From Podarcis gaigeae (Eukaryota), in the NCBI GenBank assembly GCA_964106915.2, contig OZ066919.1: a stretch of DNA of 64,000 nt; one strand, given 5' to 3'. The notes under the pieces are model-generated. The model did no database searches and was not told where the DNA came from. It saw only the letters and a list, made by a program, of their open reading frames with translations. The position numbers were made by a program, and so were the translations under genes. Shown here piece by piece: positions 14,588-26,524 of this stretch (positions are counted from its first letter, which is position 1; the number at the start of each line of letters is the position of its first letter).

Positions 14588-15790
14588 CTAAAGAAAGCGG
14601 AAAATAAAAATTGATGTTATGGTTTAGAAAGGCTACGTAAGAAAATTGTGGTGAATAAGCCAAGTAGTATCGGTTCAGCACTAAGTATGAAAACATGGCA
14701 CAGTTATTAGTCAGCACTTGCAGTATTTCCACCCTGGTTCTTTTTCAAATGAAGTCCCAGAATTTCTTGTTTGGCATGGCCAGAATGCAGTAGTTCCAAT
14801 GTCAAAGGGATTATAAAATAGCAATATGAATGGCTAGCAGCAATGAATGGAATATTCACTTGGTAGACTGAAGACAGTCATAAGCCTCATCATAGAAATA
14901 CATTGTTTGAAATAAATATGATTTACTGTGTGTGAGCAGCTTTCTCAAATATGATGGACAATTTTTATACCTGCTTACAAGTACAGTCTGAAATATCGGT
15001 AGCTTCTCAGTTTAGGAAAAAGACAACAGGGGAAGGGACAGAAAAATGATAAACTGGAAATAGTATGGAAAAAATGGATTACATTTTCTCCCTCTCTAAT
15101 TATGCTGGAACTACTTGTCTTACCCAAGAAAACTGACCAACTGAAGATTCTGGGCAGACAGAATAAAGTACTTTGCAAAACATGCATCATGAATTGGAAT
15201 TCACTGCTACACAATAAGGTGACTGCCACACTCAGGTATCTTTAAAAGAGGGTAAGTCTATTATTGGTTATTAACTGAGATAGCTATATGGATCCTTGAT
15301 GTTCTCAGGTAACAAATCTATTAATAAAAGCTGCAAGGTGTGGGGAGATGGAGACCAGAGAGAATGGCTGTTGCCTTTCTAGTGAACTTCTGGGAAGCAT
15401 CCCATTGGCCAGAGTTGAAAACAGAATTGTTGGCCTTATGAAAGATAAGTCGAATTTTCAACACATCCCATGAGACTTCTGAATGAGATAATTTTTAAAA
15501 AATTAAAAAACCCCACACATAATTAATCAGCTTAATTTTAAATGAATCAGATACAGTAAAATAAAAGATTTGACAAATCATACAATTTTGGCAAGCAGTG
15601 TCATACATAGAATTTAAATGCTTTCATAGCAAAACTGTCAAACAGGCACCAAATGACTATTAATACGGGGCTGGTAAATCAAAGGTAAGAATTTTAAAAA
15701 ACAGTACCAATTCAAGAGTTATGCAAGTAATGAACTAATATTAGTAACCAAAACATCACCAGAATAATCATAAAAGCCTTCTCCACTTAC

Positions 15791-15920
15791 CAACTCTTCC
15801 AAACTAATAAGCTGCCCAAATTCATCAGGCAACTGATTTAATTCATTGTGCTGCAGAAGCAGACTTCTTAAATGTTTTAGTTGGATAAGCTCCTCCGGTA
15901 TATCTTTTAGTCTATTATGG
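15791..15920 (-). CDS. LRRC40: LRRC40 coding exon 4 (130 nt)
   Basis: HNRLKDIPEELIQLKHLRSLLLQHNELNQLPDEFGQLISLEEL; CAG / GTAAGT. Confidence 0.95.
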
Positions 15921-15959
15921 CTGTTGATAAAATAAAAATTATGAAGAAATGCATTAGTA

Positions 15960-16309
15960 AAGAGGGAAAGGGACCCCTGACCATTAGGTCCAGTCGTGGC
16001 CGACTCTGGGGTTGGGGCGCTCATCTTGCTTTATTGGCCAAGGGAGCCGGCGTACAGCTTCCGGGTCATGTGGCCAGCATGACGAACCAGAGCAGCGCAC
16101 CAGAGCAGCGCACGGAAATGATGTTCACCTTCCCACCGGAGTGGTATCTATTTATCTACTTGCCCTTTGACGTGCTTTCGAACTGCTAGGTTGGCAGGAG
16201 CAGGGACCGAGCAACGGGAGCTCACCCCGTCGCAGGGATTCGAACAGCCAGCCTTCTGATAGGCAAGTCCTAGTCTCTGTGGTTTAACCCACAGCGCCAC
16301 CCGCATCCC
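15960..16309 (-). mobile_element. Sauria/POM (Squam1) SINE, near full length
   Basis: tRNA-derived head GGGATGCGGGTGGCGCTGTGG...GTTCGAATCCC (A and B boxes), tail GGGGTCCCTTT; perfect 12-bp TSD AATGCATTAGTA at 15948-15959 and 16310-16321. Confidence 0.9.
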
Positions 16310-16508
16310 AATGCATTAGTACTTTGTTCTAAAACAATCTTGCCTGTTAATTTACAAATGTTACATGTCCACAAGAACCTACTATCTACACATAACTAAA
16401 AACTAATGTACTTAAACTTTCCTCACCTCAATCTTCACTTTAAAGATCTTTAAACTTTTTCCATTCCTTAAACATGTTCTGTGTACAAAGTTTGTACAAC
16501 ATATTTAC

Positions 16509-16582
16509 CTCACATTAAGTTTCTGGAGATTTTCCAGTGTTCCTATAGCAGAAGGAAGAGATGTCAGTTGATTATCATGCAC
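16509..16582 (-). CDS. LRRC40: LRRC40 coding exon 3 (74 nt)
   Basis: VHDNQLTSLPSAIGTLENLQKLNV; TAG / GTAAAT. Confidence 0.95.
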
Positions 16583-16946
16583 CTAAAAATAAAAAGAAAT
16601 TGTCAGCACTTTTACTTACTTCAAAAAAAGTAAGAAATCAATTGCTCCCTGTACCAAACAGTTTACGATCCAAGCATTACCATTAGCCACTGCATTATAT
16701 TCTGAACTATGTCTGAAAATATGGTGATAAATGACAAGGCTCTTTAAATCTCTCCAGTTTTTATTTAACACATTGTTAAAGTGTGTTTATTTATTTTACT
16801 TATTTCGTAAAATTTATATACTACTTGATTGCATGAAGAACACAAAAATGTATCTTTAAGATAAGATCTGTGCTATCCCTGAAGATTACAAAATACAACA
16901 AAGCTCTTACAGAATGAAAGAGGCCTATTTCCCCCACTTTTCATCA

Positions 16947-17213
<267 letters not shown>

Positions 17214-17796
17214 TTAGACCTAAAGCTCACCTAGTGCAGCATCCTGTTCTCTGTGGTCGATCAGCAACCTATGGGAATCCCACAAGAAGTCACCATTTGC
17301 AACTTCCAGCAACTGCCTCTGAAGGTAAGTAGGCAGCCATCAGAGCTAGTAGCCACTGACAGTCCATGAATTTGCCCAAACATCTTTTAAGACAACCTGA
17401 GATGAAGCAGAAATGGTTGTATTCAATTCCCCCCCCCTCAAATGAAACCCACCGAAATCAATCGACCTCGTGTTAGTTAACTTCACCGCTCCGATTCTGA
17501 GTAGGGCTGGCGCTGGATGCAACTCAAGCTCTCCTCTTCCCTTCACCCAGGCTTAAGAAATAATAAGTGGGTTCTTCCCCCAGTTGCCGACCTTCATCCA
17601 CCCCCCCCACCCCCCCGCAGGAAAGGCACATTATAAAACTTCAGAGGGATAATAAAATGATGGCCAATGCCCATTCAAATGTCCCCAAACTGTGGTAGAC
17701 AAGCGGGAGTGGAGCAAAAAATAAAGAGACCAAAGATACAGAATGTCTGTGGAAGAGGGGAGACCCTTTTTGGACTGTCTGAGAAAATATTATGGT

Positions 17797-17990
17797 CAAA
17801 TGAAATCGCAGGCAGGATTTGAAATATAAGCAAAGGAAGGAGAATAAAAATAATAGTCGTCATTACTATTTATTTGTACCCCATACAAATACTATAGACA
17901 AATGAAATCGCAGGCTGGATTTGAAATATAAAAAGGAGAATAATACTTATTTGTACCCGGTACAAATATCTGACTAGATATAATGAAATT
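17797..17990. repeat. Imperfect tandem duplication (period about 100 nt)
   Basis: CAAATGAAATCGCAGGC..GATTT.GAAATATAA...TATTTGTACCC...TACAAATA at 17797 and again at 17899. Confidence 0.8.
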
Positions 17991-18161
17991 AATACAAATT
18001 ATATGTTTTAGGGAGGGAGAAGTATTTAAGGCAGTAGATAGAAGATTTGAATGGCAACCTCACAGAAGAGTAGGGAGTCAAAATGTCAAGAGAACACTGT
18101 ATTGAAATTGAACTGCATTTGTTAAATTGTGTGGAGTTTTTTTTAAAAAAAATATTATTAA

Positions 18162-18165
<4 letters not shown>

Positions 18166-18216
<51 letters not shown>
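18166..18216. repeat. (ATT)n microsatellite
   Basis: About 17 ATT units at the edge of the CpG island. Confidence 0.95.
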
Positions 18217-18217
<1 letters not shown>

Positions 18218-18219
18218 AA

Positions 18220-18890
18220 GCGGGAATGAAGCCGCCCTCAGTTCAGCACACGCCCCTGAAGTGCTCGGGCCCCAACCAGCACTCTTTCCTCAGGAATAAA
18301 GCGGGAAGCAGCCGGGCGCGACCTGAGGGGAAGACGCGGCCTCCGCGGCCGACAGGTGGGGACCGCCCAGTCCCCTCAGGAAACGCAGCGCAGCGGAGGC
18401 AGCCGCGGCTTCGGCCCGCGGAGACGGGGGAATCCAAGCAGCGGCCCCGCTCACCTTCGGTCAGCCCGCGGCCAGAGAGGTTCAACTGGCCGCTCTTCCG
18501 CGCCGTCCGGATCAGCCCCTGGGGCACCGCCGCAGCGCCGTCGCCCGCGCCCCGCCTGAAGCCGGCGAGAGAATCTCCCGCGCCTCTTCTTCGCGCCCCG
18601 GACATGGTCTCCGCCGACCCGCTCGGTTGCCCGCACCGGCTAAGCCCCTCGGAGCGCGGCGCAAAGCCGGGTTGAAACGCGGGCCCGCCCGCCTTTCCTC
18701 GCGTCGTAGGCGGTTGGCGCCTCCTCTTCCGCGCGGGGAGGGGAGCGACCCCAGAGGAATGGCCTGACTGAGCTCCCGTCTGAGCTTTAGCTGAGCCGGG
18801 ACTTGCTTTTTTATTTTATCCGGGAAGCACAGCAAGATGGCTATAGAGTATATGTCGGCGGCTTTTCTCCCTGAAAGTATGCACGGTGAA
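18220..18890. promoter_or_regulatory. CpG island / LRRC40 promoter, probably bidirectional
   Basis: GC- and CpG-rich block around the LRRC40 ATG; GC boxes; YY1-like AAGATGGC at 18834-18841 on the plus strand. Confidence 0.8.
18455..18605 (-). CDS. LRRC40: LRRC40 coding exon 1 (151 nt from ATG)
   Basis: MSGARRRG...VPQGLIRTARKSGQLNLSGRGLTE; ACCATG context; GTGAGC donor; inside CpG island. Confidence 0.95.
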
Positions 18891-19829
18891 GTCATAAATA
18901 AGAAGAGCCTGTGTAGTTGGTGGACTGAGTGGCAGAACTCACTGAGCCGCCCCACCGAATGGACCTTGGACAAAATAAAATGTGTGTGCAAGATGCAAAT
19001 TTAGTATCTAGAGACAAAGGTCTCCCAAGCCTAAAGTGCGACTCCCATGCAGGCATCGCCTCAGCTTTTTACAAATGAAACGCTGTTTATTCCGCTCACC
19101 ATTTCCTAAGAGACTGCTCTGAGCCTGTGGAAGAGTTCTGATATACAAGTCGTGTTATAAACGAAATTCCGACTTTAGGAATAACTTTATACATGAGCCA
19201 CTCAGAATAGCATCTGAAGAAGTAAGACTGTAGTCCACAATGTGCGGACATTGGGTTGCACCATTATTTATTTCCACTTTCGATAAGCATCGGATGTTTT
19301 TTACAATCCCAGTGTGGGAAACAAAGTAGTAACAATCAAGGAAGCAAAACGAGATACAAACATTGCAAAAATGATATAAACAGGTCCGACGAACAACTCA
19401 ACATTTCTATTATGAGGTTAAACAAGCAAGCTATAGCAACAAAATTGCTATTGCCAATTTAACCAAACACCCAGGTACTGTATAAAGAAACAAATCATTC
19501 AAACTGAATAAACAACCAATGGTCTTAGCAAACCCCTCTGTTCCCTCACACAGGGGGCGTGCAAAGAGATTCTCTCACTCTGTTGCCTTTGAGTAAACTT
19601 AACATGCGTCTTCCCCCTACCCTTAATAAATACTTAGTCCAACTTTCTGTCTAATGGCTGCTAAACAACCCAAGGAGCTTGTAATGCGAATGGACCCTGC
19701 TGCAAATTAAACACACAGAGAGATAAACAGATAGAGAGAGATAAGACTTGTTCACTCCAGTTAGTCCAAAGCCAGGCAACCCTGCAGCTCACAACCCCAG
19801 CGCTAAGTAGCTGCCTTAGCAAATAGCAA

Positions 19830-20730
19830 AGCGTTCAACGCGACACGCCTCCGCAGAAAAGCTAAGCGCGATTACCCCTTCGAAACCAAAGGCACATCCG
19901 AGGCATGCGCAACAAAGTGTTCTAAGGAACGCGCGCGCGCAAAGAATCAGCGGGAGTGGGCATGCGCAGGACGCTAGCTCTGCGTGTCTACCGCGGCTGG
20001 GCGGCTTGCTTTGAGCAGGCGCAGGACTGAAAAGGCTCTTGCGCCGAGGAGGCGCGGGGTAGGGCCGCGGAGGATTGTGGGATATTGCGGCCCAGGCTGG
20101 TTGGCGGCGAAACGATCGCTCGGCGGCGGTTAGTTGCGTGCGTGACGGGACTGCGATAGCTTGACGGGAAGCGCTGAGGGACACAAGGAGGAGGCCACCG
20201 TCCGGTTCTCCAGGGTCGTGGCGACCCCCTCTCCCCTCGATGTGTTTGTAGTGACGGGGGCAGGAGGAGGAGGTAGCGCGATGGCTTCAAGCAGCGGCAC
20301 CGACGTGATCCAGGTCACCAACGTCTCCCCGAGCGCCAGCTCCGAACAGATGCGGACTCTCTTCGGCTTCCTGGGCAAGATCGAGGAACTGCGCCTCTTC
20401 CCTCCCGAGTGAGTCCCGCGCGGACGCCCCCTCAGGGGCCGCTTATGGCCGCCGCAGTCGCGCCTCATACAGGCCTAGGCCGCAGGGTGGCCTAGTGGAG
20501 GCCGCGGAGCCTCGCGCTCGGCTGCTTCCGAGCGCGGCGCGCCTACCAGGCCCAAATTGGTGGGGGCGACGACGGAGGAGGAGGAGCAGCTGGGCGCGAG
20601 GTTGCGAAGGCCGCCATTCTCAAAGCCATGGTCTCGCCTCACCATCTTGCGCTGGCGGAACTACAGTTGTTCCCCCCCGCCATTACACTTCTCTTCAGGG
20701 GGCGAAAGCGACGCCATTAGTCGCTTCGCG
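19830..20730 (+). promoter_or_regulatory. CpG island / SRSF11 promoter
   Basis: CpG-rich; NRF1-like GCATGCGCA at 19903 and 19960; ZNF143-like TCCCACAATCCT (minus, 20071-20082) and ACTACA near 20660; several YY1-like CGCCATT early in intron 1. Confidence 0.8.
20281..20408 (+). CDS. SRSF11: SRSF11 coding exon 1 (128 nt from ATG; start of RRM)
   Basis: MASSSGTDVIQVTNVSPSASSEQMRTLFGFLGKIEELRLFPP; Kozak GCGATGG; GTGAGT donor. Confidence 0.95.
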
Positions 20731-22511
20731 TTCCTTTCCCCAGACGTAATTTAAAGCCGGGTTTGAAGCAGGTAGAAGAGGGTATCGTGGCGAGTACTTC
20801 GCCGTGGACCTGCAAGAGTTTCTTAACTCCCAAGTTGTTTAAAAGGAAAGGAACAATGGAGTGACTTCTGCCACCACAGTTAAGCTGGCGAAGTGAAGAG
20901 AAGTTAATCTATAGTGGACTTTGCTGTGTGTAAGGACCGTGCGCTCAACTTCGTTCAGTTTAGGATGTGCTCAAAGAGGGTGCGCCCCCCCCCGTTTGTA
21001 ATTGTTCCCAAGCTCCGTGTTTTTGGTTTTTTTTCCTAAGCCTAGTGGCTGAAAATGCTGAAATCAGCCCAATCTTTCAGCTGAGCGTAATTTATGGAGA
21101 CAGTAACACATTGATTTATTTATTAAATACACGTGCCACTCTTCCAAAGGAGCCCAAATTTCTATTTTCACCAACAAATGTTCACAATATGTTATGTGAA
21201 CTGTACTGTGAACGCCCCTTGACCTTGATACGGGTATTTATTGTATAAAAGGCGCCTTTATTTACACTTCTGGCGAGTGATTTCCCTTACTGGCAATATT
21301 TCACTGATGATTTTTGTTACCTGGTTTAGCATGGCTGTATAGTGCAAGTTGCAATGTTACATATTCCAAATTATTCCAGTTTCAAATTATGCTATCTACA
21401 AACCATACAGTTTTAATTTTTAAAGTTAACATGCACTGATAATGCCGAAAAGCAGTAATCTATACTGTCTGCAAATTTTTCAAAAAATAAGGTTATGTTG
21501 GTTCTGCTGGTTTGTAAATGAAACCTGGGAGCAGGAGAACATTGGTAAGGCCTCCCCCTCTAGCGCCTCTATATTATTGCTTTTAGAGTTCTCCAGGAGT
21601 TTGAGGGCAAAGACCTGAAGTGGGGAACCTCCTCAATAAGTGCCCTGCAATGTGCATTCCTGATTAAAATCCCAAGTACTTTATACACTTTGGTTTTGCA
21701 AATGTTAGTCATTGGAAGTTTAGTTTTAAAAAATACAGTAGACAATGCAAGATTGACTTCAGCCAACCTTCCTTGCTCTAGACCCTATTTGTCTGATAGG
21801 GTGTAAAAACCATGTGTAAATCATATTTATACCTGCTGTGACTAAACAAGGTCTGTTGTCTTGTCACCACCTGCCACAGTTCATTTCTCTGAGCCACATC
21901 TGTACATAATGTTAAGTAAATATTAATTCTCAGCCTCATCAATTAGTGTTTTCTGTCGATTAAACTAAGGCTGCAATCCTATATGCTCACAAGTCCTAGT
22001 GAACCCAGTAGGACTTTAAGTAGATATTAAAGGATTATTTTATAAGACTGGAATATATGTACACTTGTGAGGGAGTATATTTTAGAAATAGGCAGTAGAA
22101 TGTGTTCTTCAGGAAAATGTAATAATACTATAAATTGATTGAATCTTGATTTGACATGTTTGAGTTGCAGTTAGTAAATACAACTTTTTAAAAGTATGGA
22201 TTGTTTCCAAGGCTGCATCAGTTGGGTATCCCACAACCCTGGAGGGGTGATTAGATTCTGTTGCATGCATGGAAGTCCCTTGCTTCAGCAGAGCTAAGGT
22301 GTTGGATCTGGCCCTAGGTCATATTAATCTTACATGCTGAAATACTCTGTTAGGGAAACATTAAGCAAAATGCAGTTATGCTGCAATCCTAAGCACACTT
22401 GTCAGGGAGTAAGCACCGTTAGCTAGAATGGAATTTACTTCAAAATAAGCAAGTACAAGTTCAAAGACATTCAAAATTTTACTTGGAGATTGTTTTTATT
22501 GGAATCAATTA

Positions 22512-22796
22512 CAGTGATGCCCCGCAAGACGAATGCCTCGCAAGACGGAAAACTCGCTAGACGGAAGAGTTTTCCGTTTTGGAGATGCTTCGCAAAACGA
22601 ATTTCCTATGGGCTTGCTTCGCAAGACGAAAATGTCTTGCGAGTTCCTGCGGGTTTTTTTCCCTCCCCCCCCCTTTTTCTAAGCGCTAATAGCGCTATGC
22701 TGCTAAGCCGTCAATGGGCTTGCTTCGCAAGACGAAAAAAACGCTAGACGAAGAGACTCGCAGAACGGATTCTTTTCGTCTTGCGAGGCACCACTG
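22512..22796. mobile_element. Tc1/mariner MITE, young and CpG-rich
   Basis: TIRs CAGTGATGCCCCGCAAGACGAA / TTCGTCTTGCGAGGCACCACTG; TA TSD; repeated CGCAAGACGAA subterminal motifs. Confidence 0.88.
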
Positions 22797-24058
22797 TACT
22801 CATAAATGTTTTAGGATAGGACTTGGGAACTCAATAGCATGAACTTCACTTGTTTAAATGTTAAGGAAAGTAATACAGGTTTCACACTTCTCAATATTTA
22901 GGACAACAGTATGTTCCATTGAAAATAAGTGTATCTATGAATTTAAAACTATGAGTGGTATATAATGATATAATTATGTGTTTATTTAAAACACTACTAT
23001 ACCACCCTTCATCAATAATACTGGGGTATTTTAACAGGATAATACTATTCCAATAAGAGCAATACAATAAAATACATTACATTCCATAGTGGACCAGCCA
23101 GATCATGCCCAGGCTCCATATTAACAGCCCACAAATAGGCATTTATTGAAGAGTGAAGAGGTAGGTCTCTAGACAACTTTGAAAGCCCATCAGAATTATT
23201 GCTTGTTTTATTTTGGGGGATGGGGAGGCACATACTTAGAAGCTGGGCACAACGATAGAAAAAGCCGCCTTGATAGTCACAAGATTCAGTTCAGCAGATT
23301 ACAACACAAGTGGGAGGGCTTTATCAAAGTGCTTAGCACTCAGACAAGTCTATGATATCCAACTCCAAAGCTGTTTATATTTAATGTGCTTCTTGTGGAT
23401 AGTAACCTAGACAAAGTTCATTAAAACTTTAAAATTGCCCAGTTTGACTAATACTAGGTCCATTACTAATTAATTTCAGGAAGCAGAAGGTGTATTGTTA
23501 GAAATGAAGAAATGTTCTGCTACATTTCATCCGGGATAAACCTTCTAGCAACCTCTGTGGGTTGAAAAATATGTTTGTTCCAAATTAGCCCAGACTAGGT
23601 GCATGACAGAATCCCGTGTTAGTCATATATTGCTGCTTTTGAAATCTATCTGCAACTAATTTTAGATGGTGAAGGGAAATTGAAATGATGAATTTTCTAC
23701 CTTTACCACTAGATGTCTCTTCCTCCAGAGATAAAGGTATTGTACTGCTGCCCAAATGGTGCCCTAGTATGGTATACACATCTATTGTGCTGCTGTGTAT
23801 GACCTTATTTTGTAATAGCGTCTCTTGATTATTATTTTTTTGCATGTAGTGACAGCCAGCAAACCACAATGGTAGTAGAGAAGGCTAATACCCATCAGAT
23901 CTCTTGCCTCTTGTGGCTGCTTCATTTAATGGCAATGTAGTATAATATGAAAATAAAATACCATTACAACTCACTTTCAGTTTCATCTTCAGTCAAGTAA
24001 TTCACTGAGTTTGTTGGTCTTGCATTTAATATTCTTCCAATTTTTTTTTCCTTTCTAG

Positions 24059-24192
24059 TGACTCCCCTTTGCCTGTTTCTTCCCGTGTGTGTTTTGTAAA
24101 GTTCCAAGAACCTGACTCCGCAGTTGTGGCTCAGCATCTGACAAATACTGTATTCGTTGACAGAGCGTTGATAGTCGTACCATATGCAGAAG
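24059..24192 (+). CDS. SRSF11: SRSF11 coding exon 2 (134 nt; RRM)
   Basis: DSPLPVSSRVCFVKFQEPDSAVVAQHLTNTVFVDRALIVVPYAE; pyrimidine tract + TAG / GTTTGT; ends in phase 1. Confidence 0.97.
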
Positions 24193-26506
24193 GTTTGTGA
24201 ATTGTTTAATGATCTATGAAGCCATAGAATAATGGTACTAAATCCTGATGTAGCTTAATAGCATGAAGTTTAGCACGTAAAACATTGAAGCTATTTACCT
24301 ATTTAAAACCCTTGGTATACTGACACTGCTTGCTTTTATCCAAAAGTGAAACAATTAATTATTCAAGCAAAAGCTGGAACTTGCCTGTCAGTCTTTTTGC
24401 AAAGGCATTTAGAATATTGATATGTTTAAGCAGCATTATTTGAATTTTTGTTTCATCAGGCCCCTTCAAGATAAGCAGTCTTTTAAAACTGATACATTTA
24501 AACAAGATAACTTGCATTAAGTAACTTGGCATGTGTTGTCGTATGATTCATTCTCATAGAGAGTGAGTGGAAATGTGCTGCCAGTTACAAGGCAAAGTTC
24601 TGTTTACCGTAGTTGACAATAATAATAAAAAAATACCCTCAGTACAAATTCTGGTACACCAAGGGTTTGATCTCAATTAGACAGAAAATATATCCAAAGG
24701 TGCTAAATGAGCACTGGGTGTTAGATCTTATTCCACATTTTCTTGTTCAGCCTTGCTATATTATCTAGAATTTCACTAAATAATAAACTCTTCTCTCTGT
24801 TATTTGTGTGTGTGATTTTTGTAGTGGAGAAGGCAAATGCAAAGGCCCTTCCAGATGACTGAAACAGTGGGGTCCTCTGCAGCTACAGGGGATTCTAGAC
24901 ATTAACTAAAGGCCAGCAAGCACTCAAGTCCCCAAGTGTTTTCCTGGTGTAATCACTTGTTAACAACATTTTTTTCTCTTCTTTTTCTTACATTTTTAGG
25001 GTGTTACAGTAATTTGAAAACAATGAGCAGGGTTTGGGAACATAATTCAATAATTCAGTACCAAGAAGACTGCTCTTCTAACGAGTTCTATTAAACTTCT
25101 GTAGATTTCATCACAACTATTTCAAAGGCACCATTAATTGATAAACTAGTTAAATCGCTTGATTACAGTAAAATATGTGTAGTCTTGCACTTAATTCCTG
25201 CACTCACAGGCAGCTGGATCTCATGGAGGTCAGTGGGATTTAAGCAGCCTAACTATGCAAGATTGTAGCGCAAGTCTTACCATTACCTGTTTTTATAAAA
25301 ATATGTTTACACATTAACAAGGCAGAGGAATATGCAGTGTGCAGACCTGGCAAAGACCTAGTTGTAGGATATTCCTCACTGAAGCTATAAGTAGTGTAAA
25401 CAACTTTTAATCCTGATCAGTTTTAAATTTCAGAGTAGAATATTTTTAGAATGTAATTGCTTCTGCTTTAGTTTGGAGAAAATAACAATTGAGATATAAT
25501 TGTTCTTGCATGAACATCTACATATCAGGGCCAAACTAGATATGACAGTCTTTGCATTTAAACATAGACTTTCCCCAGTCACATAGAAAGAGCAGTTTGG
25601 AAGTTGATCTAGAACAGTTAACGAACTGAAGTGCACAGAATCCTTCCTGTGCCTGCAGCTTAACTTCCTTGCAATCTGTCCCTCTGTGTTTTTATCCTTA
25701 TCTGAGCTCTGATGCTGAAAATATGCTCAATGTTTGCAGAAAGGGGCTGTGGGGAGGTAAGAGCAGGTTGGGGTAGGTTTCAGGGGCTCTCACAGTTTTG
25801 CTTTTATTATTAAAAATGGACCCGGACACCCTTTTTATGTGATTGGGGGAGGACTGCTGCACTCATATCTAGTTTGGCTCTAATAGCAGCAGTCCTTTCC
25901 TGTCAATTTCATCAAGACTTAATTTGGCTCCTACAGAATCACCATGTTTTAAGCGTTTAATATTTTTATCTATGAAATATTTTTATCTTTGAAAATACAA
26001 TGTTCATTGTGCTAGAAAGATAAATCTGGCACTAAGAAATCAGCCAAATATATCGCTTGGGCCTCAATTTGGTGGTGTAGGATATGTGTACAGCTGTGTA
26101 GTTTGTGCGAGAACTATAATTGTGGACACAGTACTATATAAGAATACTAGGGTTTTTTTCTGTGAACTTGAACTACTTTGTTCTTGCAATTCTTCCATGT
26201 CTATGGAATCAAACAAACTACTCATCAGTGGTTCATATTGCAAGAACCTCATTTCTGCTAGGTACTTAAGCATCATTCAGTGAGGTATTTCAAATTGAGT
26301 GGGATTGTTCATATGCATTGAACCACATGCTTAAGTACTCTGCTGAATTTAGATCTTGATTTTTAACTAGTGGTGATGGGTTTAAAATTACCTAACTGGA
26401 AGTATTAAAATACTGTACTGTGCTAATCACAGCTCCCTGTATCACTTACATTCCTGTTCTTTGTGTGTTCATATATCTTGGTGTTGGCTATTGCTTTGTG
26501 TTCTAG

Positions 26507-26524
26507 ACTTACACAAAGTTCACG
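26507..26524 (+). CDS. SRSF11: Candidate alternative 18-nt SRSF11 microexon (inserts DLHKVH)
   Basis: ttctag|ACTTACACAAAGTTCACG|gtaagg; frame-preserving phase 1/1; TGC at 26492-26494; about 70 nt free of AG upstream. Confidence 0.65.

Noticed and set aside
16200-16309. tRNA-like sequence with A and B boxes (also at 56561)
   Set aside because: These are SINE heads attached to LINE-derived tails, not tRNA genes.
18127-18991. Long ORFs (182 aa plus, 159 aa minus, and others) around LRRC40 exon 1
   Set aside because: Stop-poor GC-rich CpG island; the poly-Leu run is the (ATT)n microsatellite; only the LRRC40 frame is recognisable.
19410-19670. LTR-like segment (TATAAA, CCAAT, AATAAA) between the two CpG islands
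   Set aside because: No convincing TG...CA termini with a TSD; such motifs are common in AT-rich DNA.
19816-20754. Overlapping ORFs around SRSF11 exon 1
   Set aside because: CpG-island artefacts with no recognisable domains.
22512-22796. Regularly spaced CGCAAGACGAA repeats resembling a CRISPR array
   Set aside because: Eukaryotic context; repeats occur in both orientations inside TIRs with a TA TSD, so they are MITE subterminal motifs.
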